Assembly: GCA_021789395.1 (NCBI GenBank)
Contig: JAJYJP010000001.1
Span: 1 to 34,665, forward strand
Source: a bacterium
Lineage (GTDB): Bacteria; Patescibacteriota; Minisyncoccia; Moranbacterales; UBA2206
Length of the DNA: 34,665 bases
Direction of reading: 5' to 3'
Positions 16,448 to 25,687 of the stretch are shown here, piece after piece. Every line of letters begins with the position of its first letter. Position 1 is the first letter of the stretch. The notes beneath the pieces were generated by a model, which saw only the letters and a list, made by a program, of their open reading frames with translations, was not told the DNA's origin and did not search any database. A program made the translations under genes and the position numbers.

Positions 16448-16630
16448 TTACTGTAAAGAAATAGCGCTAACCGGGCAGCTATCAACGGCCTCTTGGCAAT
16501 TGCAATCTCCGCAATCTTCCGCAATTACATGAGATTTACCGTCCTCTTGGACCTTAAAAACTTTCGGGCAGATAGACTCGCAAGTTCCGCAGCCGATGCA
16601 TAAATCGTGATTAATGTTGGGTTTAGACAT
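16448..16630 (-). CDS. Small single-cluster [4Fe-4S] ferredoxin
   Basis: 60 aa. It has CIGCGTCESICP and a distal DSCP, a layout like Thermotoga/Pyrococcus-type monocluster ferredoxins. Confidence 0.85.
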   Translation of the reverse strand: MSKPNINHDLCIGCGTCESICPKVFKVQEDGKSHVIAEDCGDCNCQEAVDSCPVSAISLQ

Positions 16631-16691
16631 ATTTTTTTTAAATTAATTTATTAATAATTTTACCTGCTGAAAATAAATGGGACGAAAACGC

Positions 16692-17768
16692 CTAAAATAT
16701 CATCGACGGATCGTCAGGCGAATTTTTACTGAGATTGTCCTCGAAATTTTTCATCTGAGGATCCCTAAATTCCACCTGCGCCGTCCCGCTGTCCCAATAA
16801 AATTCTTTAAGAGGTATGAATATCTTAGCATTTTTTTCCTGGGCAAGCAACCAATCGGAAAAACTTTCGGTCCGGACAAAAATTTGCCGGATCTTTACTT
16901 GATTGACGCCATTTTCCGTCCGCTTATCTTCGATGTTGATGATATGATATCCGATCGAACTTTCGATCACATCGCTCGTGTCGCCCTTGTTCATGATGAA
17001 AGCGGCGGCTGCGACTTCGGGAAGCATCTGGTCGGCATCGAACCATCCCAATTCTCCGCCATTCTTGGCGCTGGCACCCTCGGAATATTTTTCAGCCACG
17101 GTGGCAAAATCCTGTCCGCTTTTCAGCGCGGCCTGAGCAGCGTCAATTTTCTTTTTGGCCGCAAGCGAAGTCGGATCCGAATCGCGGAATTTCTGATTCA
17201 AATCATCCTGGTAGAGATCCGGCTTAACGATGTGATTTTCAAAATCACTCAAATTCCAACCGTATAAGTGTTCCAAATTATTCAAAACATCGGCGTCCGA
17301 ATTTCCGTACTGGGCGATCTTATTGTTGACCTGGGCGGCAACCATTGCCGAAGTAATATTGATTCCCCGCTGCTTAGCCAATATCTCAATAATCTTATTT
17401 TCAATCAATTTGTCCAAAACTTCTCTTTTCTTTACTTCCAGTCGTTTCTGTCCGTTTGAAGAAGTAAAATTGACCTTCATTCCCAGACTGGAGAAATTCT
17501 GATTCGTATAAAATTGCTTGACGGCATCCAGATCATTTTCCATTTCATCATAAGTGATGACATGCGTGTAGTCGACAATGGCCGCCGGATAAGGAATGAC
17601 GCGCGCAGTTCCCCGAACGATTTCATTGTCCGCTCCAAAACCATAAATAAGCACCCCGATCACGATGATGTAGACCACAACAAGAATCAGCACCGAATAA
17701 ATGATCGTTGACAATCTGACTTTTTTTTCGCCATTGGTATTTTTTTCTGCGTTTTGTTTTTTTTTCAT
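16692..17768 (-). CDS. Membrane-anchored parvulin-type peptidyl-prolyl isomerase (PrsA/SurA-like)
   Basis: 358 aa. It has an N-terminal TM, a SurA-N-like helical region, and a parvulin core GGELGWFDADQMLPEVAAAAF...SSIGYHIINIEDKR. Confidence 0.85.
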   Translation of the reverse strand: MKKKQNAEKNTNGEKKVRLSTIIYSVLILVVVYIIVIGVLIYGFGADNEIVRGTARVIPYPAAIVDYTHVITYDEMENDLDAVKQFYTNQNFSSLGMKVNFTSSNGQKRLEVKKREVLDKLIENKIIEILAKQRGINITSAMVAAQVNNKIAQYGNSDADVLNNLEHLYGWNLSDFENHIVKPDLYQDDLNQKFRDSDPTSLAAKKKIDAAQAALKSGQDFATVAEKYSEGASAKNGGELGWFDADQMLPEVAAAAFIMNKGDTSDVIESSIGYHIINIEDKRTENGVNQVKIRQIFVRTESFSDWLLAQEKNAKIFIPLKEFYWDSGTAQVEFRDPQMKNFEDNLSKNSPDDPSMIF

Positions 17769-17777
17769 TTTTTATAT

Positions 17778-18203
17778 TTAAAAGAAATAATTCCACCACT
17801 TGGCCGGATTCGATGATTGCGCGGCCGGCGCTGCAGAAACATTATTTCGAGTCGGTTGCGACTGAGAATCATTAACACCTTCTTCAGCGGCACTTGGTTG
17901 CACAACGACGACATTTTCACCGGGACTCTGCAGGTCAAGCGCGTTTTTTGCTTCTTCTTTCTGATAATCCGGACTGCTTAAGTAAGCGATTTTATCCTGG
18001 AGAGAAGCGTTGTTTTTGTTTATCTTTGCCGCTTCTTGCTGGAGTTCCTCTATCTGTTGTTGGATCTGATTTCTTTGATAAATTTCCTTAGTGCCAGAAA
18101 TTATTATAAGGGTAAAAACGATCATTCCTATGATCAGGCTTGTTTTTACCCAGATCGGTTTTTTTTCCCGCCTGCCGGACGGATTTTTTTTATTTGTCCG
18201 CAT
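17778..18203 (-). CDS. Septum formation initiator family protein (FtsB/DivIC-like)
   Basis: 141 aa. It has a single TM followed by the coiled coil IYQRNQIQQQIEELQQEAAKINKNNASLQDKIAYLSSPDYQKEEAKN, typical of FtsB/DivIC. Confidence 0.7.
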   Translation of the reverse strand: MRTNKKNPSGRREKKPIWVKTSLIIGMIVFTLIIISGTKEIYQRNQIQQQIEELQQEAAKINKNNASLQDKIAYLSSPDYQKEEAKNALDLQSPGENVVVVQPSAAEEGVNDSQSQPTRNNVSAAPAAQSSNPAKWWNYFF

Positions 18204-18210
18204 TTTTGTT

Positions 18211-18324
18211 TTATCTATACATAAAAGCCGGCGCCAGCGTAAAAGCCAGCATCGCCAAAACTCCTATGACTGTGATCACAATCCAAATAGCATGCATTCT
18301 TTTTCTGTGTTTGCTGATATTCAT
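18211..18324 (-). CDS. Possible 37-aa single-TM membrane peptide upstream of the FtsB-like gene
   Basis: Manual translation gives MNISKHRKRMHAIWIVITVIGVLAMLAFTLAPAFMYR*. It has a basic N-terminus plus one TM. The stop is 7 nt before the FtsB-like ATG. No clear SD, and it is too short for the ORF track. Confidence 0.35.
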   Translation of the reverse strand: MNISKHRKRMHAIWIVITVIGVLAMLAFTLAPAFMYR

Positions 18325-18359
18325 AAGATCATTGTACTAAAGATCCGACATATTTTCAA

Positions 18360-20174
18360 TTATTTTTTCAACACCGCCAAAAAAGCTTCGGAGGGAATTT
18401 CTACCCGACCGATGCTTTTCATCTTTTTCTTACCTTTTTTCTGTTTTTCCAAAAGTTTTCTTTTGCGCGTCACATCTCCACCGTACAGTTTGGCTATGAC
18501 GTCTTTACGGAAAGCCTTGATCGTCTCGCGAGCAATTACTTTGCCGCCGATCGTCGCTTGCAACGCGATTTGAAAATTCTGGCGAGGAATCGAATCTTTC
18601 AATTTTTCCACCGTGCGCTTGCCTTCGCTAAAAGCTTTCTCTTTAGGCACGATTCTCGCGAACGCGTCCACTTTTTCTCCCGCCACCATTATATCCAGCT
18701 TTACCAAATCATACGGTTTATATTCTTTAATCTCGTAATTCATCGAGGCGTAACCGGACGAAGCGCTCTTCAGATCATCGTGCAGATTAGTGATGACATC
18801 GGTCAGCGGGCAATCAAAAGTTAGAATTATCCGCTCGGCATCTATGTATTCCGTGTTTATATATTCCGCCCGCGTATTTTTCATCACTTCCATAATTGCT
18901 CCGAGATAAGTGCTGGGCGAAATAATATCCAATTTCACGTATGGCTCGTAAATTTTCTCGATTGCGGCCGGATCAGGCATTTCAGTCGGAGAATAGATTT
19001 TTATCCGCCCGTTCTTGCCACGCAGTTCGATTTCGTAAACGACGCTTGGCGTTGTGATAGTCGGACTGATATCGAATTCGCGCTCTAGCCGGGATTGGAT
19101 AATTTCCAGATGGAGCATGCCCAAAAAACCGCAACGGAATCCGCGGCCCAGCGCAACATTGCTTTCCGGTTCGAAAGCGAATGCCGCGTCATTGAGCTTC
19201 AATTTGTCCAACGCATCGCGCATGAAATTATAATCGTCGCCTTCAATCGGATAAAAAGAAGCATAAACCATCGGAACGACTTGCTTATATCCCGGCAACG
19301 GTTTGACGGGGTTAGAAGCTTGCTCTTTGAAATCTGCAATTGTCACGGTATCACCAACCCGGCAATCCTCGACACCCTTAAACCCGGTCGCGATGTAGCC
19401 GATGTCGCCCGCCACCAATTTTTCAACTGCTTGCAGATCCGGTCGGAAAAATCCCACTTCTACTACGCCGCTTTCCGATCCGACCGCCATCATAGCAATC
19501 TTATCATCGCGTTTCACTGTGCCATCAACGATCCGGACATATGCTACCACGCCTTTGTATGTATCGTATTTGGAATCAAAAATGAGCGCCCGCAAAGGAT
19601 TTTCGACATCGCCTTTGGGTGCTGGAATCATTTCGACAATTTTTTCCAAAAGTTTTTCCACGCCCAGGCCGGTTTTTCCGGAAACTTCTAAAATTTCTTC
19701 TTCTTTGCATCCCAAAATATGAATAATTTCTTTTTTCGTCTTCGCAACATCGGCATTGGGCAGATCGATTTTATTGACCACCGGAATGATTTCCAAGCCT
19801 TGTTCGATCGCCAGATATAAATTGGAAAGCGTCTGCGCCTGTACGCCCTTAGTCGCATCCACCAGAAGCACCGCGCCCTCCACTGCCGCCAACGATCGAG
19901 AAACCTCGTAGTTAAAATCTACATGGCCTGGAGTATCAATAAGATTTAATGTATATTCTACGCCTTGTTGGTCATACTTCATCCTCACCGGCTGCAGTTT
20001 GATCGTAATTCCCCGCTCCCGCTCCAAATCCATCTGGTCAAGCAACTGCTCTTTCATTTTTCGCTGTTCCACCGTCTTGGTCAATTCCAAAAGACGGTCC
20101 GACAAAGTAGATTTTCCATGGTCAATATGCGCGATGATGCAGAAATTGCGTACGTTTTTCTGGTCCATATACAT
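18360..20174 (-). CDS. lepA: Translation elongation factor 4
   Basis: 604 aa. It has NFCIIAHIDHGKST, DTPGHVDF, NKIDL and the LepA-specific C-terminal domain (GGDVTRKRKLLEKQKKGKK). Confidence 0.97.
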   Translation of the reverse strand: MYMDQKNVRNFCIIAHIDHGKSTLSDRLLELTKTVEQRKMKEQLLDQMDLERERGITIKLQPVRMKYDQQGVEYTLNLIDTPGHVDFNYEVSRSLAAVEGAVLLVDATKGVQAQTLSNLYLAIEQGLEIIPVVNKIDLPNADVAKTKKEIIHILGCKEEEILEVSGKTGLGVEKLLEKIVEMIPAPKGDVENPLRALIFDSKYDTYKGVVAYVRIVDGTVKRDDKIAMMAVGSESGVVEVGFFRPDLQAVEKLVAGDIGYIATGFKGVEDCRVGDTVTIADFKEQASNPVKPLPGYKQVVPMVYASFYPIEGDDYNFMRDALDKLKLNDAAFAFEPESNVALGRGFRCGFLGMLHLEIIQSRLEREFDISPTITTPSVVYEIELRGKNGRIKIYSPTEMPDPAAIEKIYEPYVKLDIISPSTYLGAIMEVMKNTRAEYINTEYIDAERIILTFDCPLTDVITNLHDDLKSASSGYASMNYEIKEYKPYDLVKLDIMVAGEKVDAFARIVPKEKAFSEGKRTVEKLKDSIPRQNFQIALQATIGGKVIARETIKAFRKDVIAKLYGGDVTRKRKLLEKQKKGKKKMKSIGRVEIPSEAFLAVLKK

Positions 20175-20183
20175 TTAATTCTA

Positions 20184-20211
20184 TAATAAAAAGCTTGAAA
20201 TTTCAAGCTTT
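20184..20211 (-). terminator. Palindromic hairpin after murJ (possible terminator)
   Basis: A perfect 22-nt palindrome AAAGCTTGAAATTTCAAGCTTT (20190-20211) is followed on the minus strand by TTATTAT. The stem is AT-rich, so strength is uncertain. Confidence 0.5.
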
Positions 20212-20238
20212 GCCTGGAAAAATACTTACTTTGATTTT

Positions 20239-21888
20239 TTAAATGCCGCTCACATCATCCGTATTTTCTATGATGACTGCCGCCTGTCGGCTCTTGAGAA
20301 GTTTTTTGGTCAGGGAATTTTTAAAGACAAAAAATTCTTCCAGTCTCAGAAAATAACAGGCGGCAATAAAAATCACCAGTCCAACCAAACCTGAAACAGA
20401 CAGTTGAGAAAAAACGCCTAAAAATTTGTTCAGGTTAAACCAATTTCCGGTGAAATTTTTTGCAATTTGAATACCCAATCCGGCCGCGAAGGATGCGACA
20501 GAAACCTTAACCACCGATTTGATTATGTTTCGATCGTCCAGGCTGTCAAACCGCATCCGCAAAAAGAATAGCAAAGCCAACATTTGGAAAACACTGGCTA
20601 CCGAAAATGCGATTGCCAGACCCAGAACTTGATAACGATGGATCAAAAGTAAAACCGTTCCAATATTTACCGCCTCAGTGGCAACCGCCACGTAAAACGG
20701 CGTTTTGGAGTCGTGGATGGCATAAAAAGATCGCGTAAGGAGCGGCACGATGCTCTGTGCAAAAAGACTGATTGCAAAAATTCCTAAAGACTGAAAAGTT
20801 AGGATCGTATCGTTCCAATCAAATTTTCCCGCACCCAATATCACACGCACAATTTGTGCCCGCAGCACCAACATCACAACACTGGCAGGAATGACAAAAA
20901 ATAGAATCTGCCGGAAAGTTTCCGAAAAACTTCTTATATATTTATCGTGTTCGTTCCGCGCCGCGTAAGTGGAAAGGGTCGGAAACGCCGCCAACGCGAA
21001 AGATATCCCAAAAAGCGACAGCGGCACGCTCTGTAAGTTTTGAGAAAAATTAAAGATGGCCAGACTTCCAGCTGCCAGCGTCGAGGCAAATACGGTAATT
21101 ACCATCAGATTGAACTGACTGATGGCAATCCCGGTCATCCTTGGCAACATCAGCTTCATAACCTTTTTGACATCATGATTTTTCCAATACGTCCAGAGTC
21201 CCCACTGATGTTTGAAACCTAAATTCCGCGCCGCCAGATATTGCAATGACATATGCATAAAAGCGCCGAACACTACGCCCCAAGCTAACCCGACCGGACC
21301 CATGAATTTTACAAAAACTAAAATGCCGATGATGATTCCTAAATTATAAAGGAGCGGTGCGATCGAATAAATCAAAAAATTTTTAAACGAGGTCAGTATA
21401 CCGCCCATAATTCCGCTGAAGCCTAGGAACAACGGACTTAAAAACATAATGCGGGTAAACAGCACCACACGCGCCATCTTTTCCGGGGAAAATCCAGGCG
21501 TAATCAGTTTCATCAGAAACGGCGCGAAGATCGCAAAAATGATGGAAAAAATAATTATGAAAAAAATTGCCAAGTTCAATACCCCATTGGCCAGCTCCCA
21601 CGCTTCTTCGTCTTTTTCATTACTGACCAGACTGGTAAAAACCGGAATAAAGGCTGCGCTTAATGCTCCCAGGATCAGCAAATTATAAATCAGGTCGGGA
21701 ATTCGGAAAGCGGCGTAATAAACATCGAGCGTGTCTCCGGCGCCAAAGGTGGAGGCCAAAAGCCGGTCGCGAAAAAGTCCCATCAGGTTACTGACGATCC
21801 CGGCCATCGTAATGATGAAAGCGGCCGAAATTACTGATTGCGACGGCTTCGAGGAAAGAAATTTGTTTTTGAAGATTTTCTTGATCAC
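20239..21888 (-). CDS. murJ: Lipid II flippase MurJ (MviN, MOP superfamily)
   Basis: 549 aa and polytopic. The N-terminal GLFRDRLLASTFGAGDTLDVYYAAFRIPDLIYNLLILGALSAAFIPVF matches the MurJ signature. It has a GTG start. Confidence 0.9.
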   Translation of the reverse strand: MIKKIFKNKFLSSKPSQSVISAAFIITMAGIVSNLMGLFRDRLLASTFGAGDTLDVYYAAFRIPDLIYNLLILGALSAAFIPVFTSLVSNEKDEEAWELANGVLNLAIFFIIIFSIIFAIFAPFLMKLITPGFSPEKMARVVLFTRIMFLSPLFLGFSGIMGGILTSFKNFLIYSIAPLLYNLGIIIGILVFVKFMGPVGLAWGVVFGAFMHMSLQYLAARNLGFKHQWGLWTYWKNHDVKKVMKLMLPRMTGIAISQFNLMVITVFASTLAAGSLAIFNFSQNLQSVPLSLFGISFALAAFPTLSTYAARNEHDKYIRSFSETFRQILFFVIPASVVMLVLRAQIVRVILGAGKFDWNDTILTFQSLGIFAISLFAQSIVPLLTRSFYAIHDSKTPFYVAVATEAVNIGTVLLLIHRYQVLGLAIAFSVASVFQMLALLFFLRMRFDSLDDRNIIKSVVKVSVASFAAGLGIQIAKNFTGNWFNLNKFLGVFSQLSVSGLVGLVIFIAACYFLRLEEFFVFKNSLTKKLLKSRQAAVIIENTDDVSGI

Positions 21889-21896
21889 GATAAGGT

Positions 21897-24473
21897 TTAT
21901 TTCTTAGTAAAAGCCACTCCCCAAAATTTATCCGTCGTCAGATCAGAATCCAACTCTAGACTGTTTTCCGATTGCGTAACCGTGTCTGGATATTTCCAAA
22001 TCACATCGTAGTCGGACGGAAAAGTCAATTTGGAGGTAAATTTATCGCCCAGACTGCCGGATTGTTTCTGGGCCAACAAGGAATAGTTATCCGCCGGATC
22101 CGTACCGGACATCACAATTTTGAATGGTAGCAGATATTTATATTTTAGTACAACCGTTTCTTGCGGACTGACATAAGTCCAGTTAGCAAAAACCGTTTTA
22201 TTATTTTCATCATAGATCCGCGTTCCGGTCGTCGGATCGATCTTGGTCGAATCCTCTTCCATTTGGACCAGCGGATCGCGCGTAAATCCCAACGCATCGT
22301 AATCGAGCGGCGGAGAGTCGACTTCCCTGGTCTGGCCCTCGGCGGAAATCAGCTGTGACCCTTGCGGCACATAGACACGCACGTAATCAGCGTTGACTTT
22401 ATTATACCAATCATACGGCGTATTGCCACCGTTATGGTGCCGAGTGATCGTTACCGTATCAATGATCGATCCGTCCGGCTGGATCGCAGCACTGTGATTG
22501 ATCGTCTCATCAATCACGCCGTCGGTCTTATAGCCATTGATGTTGGTATTGATGACGCTCAGATAATCCTTGGGCGTATTCAAAATTGCTCCCGACCAAC
22601 CTGCCTGGGAGATTTCCTGTTCAATATCATAATTGGACGAATACAGCAAAATCTGTTTCTCATTCAAACTTTCAACCAGAGCATCGGCAATTTTGGAAAG
22701 CGTGGAAAGGTCTTTGGTAGCAAACAGTTTGTTCATTATTTTTGGAGCCAGGTCGGATAAAATTTGTTTGGGTTTGTTTGTAGTTTTATTGTAATCCACC
22801 TGGACTTCCTGCTGGATCAGATTAATAAAGTTATTCTGATCCACCGTTACGCCGTAATCCGGCATGCTGATCGGACCAGTGATTGCCAAAAGTTTTTGGA
22901 TCACTACCGGCGTCATAGTAATTACGCCGTCTACCGTCGGACCTCCATCTCTTTCGTAAAACTGTATCGCTTCCTGGGCCGAAGTCGGGAAATCGGGAAA
23001 CCAATTGCTGTCATGCAAGCTCCAGTTTGCGCTAATCTTTTGAATCGGAATTGGCGGCACGATCTTGTCTTTCATCTGACCGTCAGGATCATAAATTCCG
23101 TCCGTAAAAAATTTAGTCACCTGACCGTTAAAAATATCCAGCTCGCCATAAGTACCGATGAATCCTCCAGTTGCCCGCATTTCCTGATTGTTCTGGAAAA
23201 GAAACAGATATTTTCTCGGTCCGTCGCCACCCAAAATATCCGTAAAGATTTGGCTATTATTCACAAACCCGTCGACGAACGTTTCAATCTCCGGCAATTT
23301 ATTTTGAAGCATTATGAATGTGTCTCTTTGATTGGACGGAATATCATCCACGTTTACCCGAGATAAATCGTTCTGGATATCTTTTAATAAAGCATCGATT
23401 TGTTTGGCATTGGCTTCCGTGTTTTGAAAAGTTTTCAAAAGCGAGACCGGATTGGAATCACTGCCGCTGTTCGGCAGAGGATTATTAATCCTGTCTAACT
23501 GCCGTATGATTTGATCGGAAAGCACTCCAATCTGAGACACATCCTTTCCGGCCTGCGCCAAAGAGCTTCCCGTAGAAAGCTTGGACAGAAACGGCAAGTA
23601 TTGAGAGATATTGACCAGAACTTTACTCAAACTATTTATTTCCTCGGACATTTCGTTAAATTCGTCGTATGCTTCGCTAAAATCCGTCGCCGACTGCTGA
23701 AAATTCTGGCCGAGCATATTATCTTTAGCCTGCGCCAAAGCAACATAAGCCGCTTGCCCTTGTCCGATGACAGAATTTTTTATCAGCAATCCCTTCTTAA
23801 CCAAGCCAAAACCGAAAACCGCAACAAAGGCCGCCAGCGCAACACTTGCAAAAGAAAATATTAGTTTTTTCCGGTGACGAGAAGCGAATTCTTGCCGCCG
23901 CTTTCTCTTTTTCTCAAATCTAACCCTTTTTATCCTTTCTTTTTTTTGTTTTTCTTTCTTTTTTTCTTCCTCAAGTTTACTTTTTTGATTCTCCAAATAC
24001 CTCAGATTCCAAAATATTTCATCTTCGGTAGCTTGCTGGAAATAATCATCGTTCTTTAACGGGCTATTCGCCTCTTCAAGAGATTTTTCTCCTTTTTCTT
24101 TTTCAAAATAGCGAGATTGTTCTTTATTGCGAACGATTGAATGTCTGGCATGTGTCTTCACGGGCCGATCATTTTCCACTTCATACATGATCGGAACATT
24201 TTCATTCTTAAAAGCTCTTCCAAGTTGGTAAACTTTCGCTCTTTCTTCCAAGACCAAGCTTCTGAACCGCTCAATCTCCTCTTCGATGGCGTCCGGCAGC
24301 TTGATATCGTAAACATTGCCGGAAGGATCTGTTTTTTTCTCAACTTTTTTTTGCTCGAGCTTAAGAATTTTTTCGATTTTCTCGATTTTTTCCAGATCCA
24401 AATCGCCGGTTTCTGTCACCGGACGCACGTCAAACATCTGAGGAATAACTTTGTTTTTCTTTTTATTTTTCAT
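21897..24473 (-). CDS. DUF4012 domain membrane protein with a ~200-aa charged cytoplasmic N-terminal region
   Basis: 858 aa. The TM is at about residues 205-225 (LIFSFASVALAAFVAVFGFGLV). The extracytoplasmic part contains YLFLFQNNQEMRATGGFIGTYGELD, the characteristic DUF4012 block. Confidence 0.75.
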   Translation of the reverse strand: MKNKKKNKVIPQMFDVRPVTETGDLDLEKIEKIEKILKLEQKKVEKKTDPSGNVYDIKLPDAIEEEIERFRSLVLEERAKVYQLGRAFKNENVPIMYEVENDRPVKTHARHSIVRNKEQSRYFEKEKGEKSLEEANSPLKNDDYFQQATEDEIFWNLRYLENQKSKLEEEKKKEKQKKERIKRVRFEKKRKRRQEFASRHRKKLIFSFASVALAAFVAVFGFGLVKKGLLIKNSVIGQGQAAYVALAQAKDNMLGQNFQQSATDFSEAYDEFNEMSEEINSLSKVLVNISQYLPFLSKLSTGSSLAQAGKDVSQIGVLSDQIIRQLDRINNPLPNSGSDSNPVSLLKTFQNTEANAKQIDALLKDIQNDLSRVNVDDIPSNQRDTFIMLQNKLPEIETFVDGFVNNSQIFTDILGGDGPRKYLFLFQNNQEMRATGGFIGTYGELDIFNGQVTKFFTDGIYDPDGQMKDKIVPPIPIQKISANWSLHDSNWFPDFPTSAQEAIQFYERDGGPTVDGVITMTPVVIQKLLAITGPISMPDYGVTVDQNNFINLIQQEVQVDYNKTTNKPKQILSDLAPKIMNKLFATKDLSTLSKIADALVESLNEKQILLYSSNYDIEQEISQAGWSGAILNTPKDYLSVINTNINGYKTDGVIDETINHSAAIQPDGSIIDTVTITRHHNGGNTPYDWYNKVNADYVRVYVPQGSQLISAEGQTREVDSPPLDYDALGFTRDPLVQMEEDSTKIDPTTGTRIYDENNKTVFANWTYVSPQETVVLKYKYLLPFKIVMSGTDPADNYSLLAQKQSGSLGDKFTSKLTFPSDYDVIWKYPDTVTQSENSLELDSDLTTDKFWGVAFTKK

Positions 24474-24478
24474 TTCGA

Positions 24479-25603
24479 CTAGAGTTTTTTATAAATTTCC
24501 AGAGTCTGTTCCGCCATCTTCTTCCAACTGTATTTTTTGATTTGCTGGAATCCTTTTCTCATAAGCTCTGCGCGCAAATCTTGGTCATCCAGCACCTTGG
24601 AAATGGCTCCGGCCATCTTGTCCACATTTTTAGCGTCAAAATAATACGCACTGTCTTCCAAAATTTCCCGCATACACGGATGGTCAGAAGAAACCACCGG
24701 CGCGCCTTTGGCCATGGCTTCCAGCGGCGAAAGCCCGAAGCCTTCGTACAAAGAAGGCCAGACATAAACGGAAACGTTGTGGAAAAAAACATCCAGATCG
24801 TAATCCGGAACATAGCCGGTAAAAATCACGCTTTCAATATGCTCGTCTTCCACCATTTTTTTCAAGCGGACATAAAAATAATCCTCCTTCCCGACAAATA
24901 CCAACTTCAAATTATTTTTTCCCGGCTCTTTCCGAAGCCGGTCAAACGCACGCACCAACCGTTCCAAATTTTTGTGCGGATAGGCGTTGCCGACATACAT
25001 GATATATGGTTTTATTATACCATATCGCGCTAAAATTTTCTCATCCTTATTAGGGGTGAGCATGCAGAAATCTTCGCAAGCTTCATAAGTCACGGTGATT
25101 TTATCTTTCGAAACATGGTACTGCTTCAAGATATCCTCTTTGGTGAAATTAGAAACCGTTATCAATCTGTCCGCCCGAAAAATTGCCGAGCGGATGACAA
25201 TTTTATACATCAGATATTTGAACCAATAGATGATCGGATGAAGCGTAGTGCTGCGCCGGGTAGGAAAATAGATCAGGATAAGATCATGGATCGTTACGAT
25301 AAATTTACGGAAATAAAAAACCGGCACATTGAAATGTGGAAAATGCATCAGATCCAGCTTGTATTTGTTCAGAAGTTTTGGAAATTCCAGTTGTTCTTTC
25401 AACGAATACCACCGATAATCCGCCAATACTTTGGTGAAATTGGAATTTTTGGGCTCATATTCGTCGAAGTTGACTTTCTGAAGAAAAATAAAATACTGAT
25501 TGTCGAGATCAATCTTTTCCAAATTCTCGATTAATTTTTGAGTGTAGCGCCCCAGTCCCTTTCTTTTTACCCCAAAAAACCGGGCGTCGATGCCAATGCG
25601 CAT
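24479..25603 (-). CDS. Glycosyltransferase, GT4 family
   Basis: 374 aa. It has MRIGIDARFF...GLGRYT, TIHDLI, and a C-terminal EGFGLSPLEAMAKGAPVV (E-x7-E region). Confidence 0.85.
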   Translation of the reverse strand: MRIGIDARFFGVKRKGLGRYTQKLIENLEKIDLDNQYFIFLQKVNFDEYEPKNSNFTKVLADYRWYSLKEQLEFPKLLNKYKLDLMHFPHFNVPVFYFRKFIVTIHDLILIYFPTRRSTTLHPIIYWFKYLMYKIVIRSAIFRADRLITVSNFTKEDILKQYHVSKDKITVTYEACEDFCMLTPNKDEKILARYGIIKPYIMYVGNAYPHKNLERLVRAFDRLRKEPGKNNLKLVFVGKEDYFYVRLKKMVEDEHIESVIFTGYVPDYDLDVFFHNVSVYVWPSLYEGFGLSPLEAMAKGAPVVSSDHPCMREILEDSAYYFDAKNVDKMAGAISKVLDDQDLRAELMRKGFQQIKKYSWKKMAEQTLEIYKKL

Positions 25604-25687
25604 GGTTTATATCGTTTTAATACAAACTACGCTCTCATTATATCTGAATTTAACAAACAAAAAAAGCCCCGGAGCGTTTACCAATAA

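Noticed and set aside
23900-24010. A long pyrimidine-rich tract with quasi-repetitive (T)nC units, which could look like a simple-sequence repeat or spacer-repeat array.
   Set aside because: It lies in frame within the DUF4012 ORF and encodes the K/E/R-rich segment. It has no regular repeat-spacer periodicity.
25604-25687. GCTCCGGGGC followed by T7 on the minus strand, between two GT4 genes, as a possible terminator. There is also a TATAAT hexamer nearby.
   Set aside because: The potential stem is only ~3 bp around a 4-nt loop, and no -35 partner lies at 16-18 nt. This is too weak to annotate.
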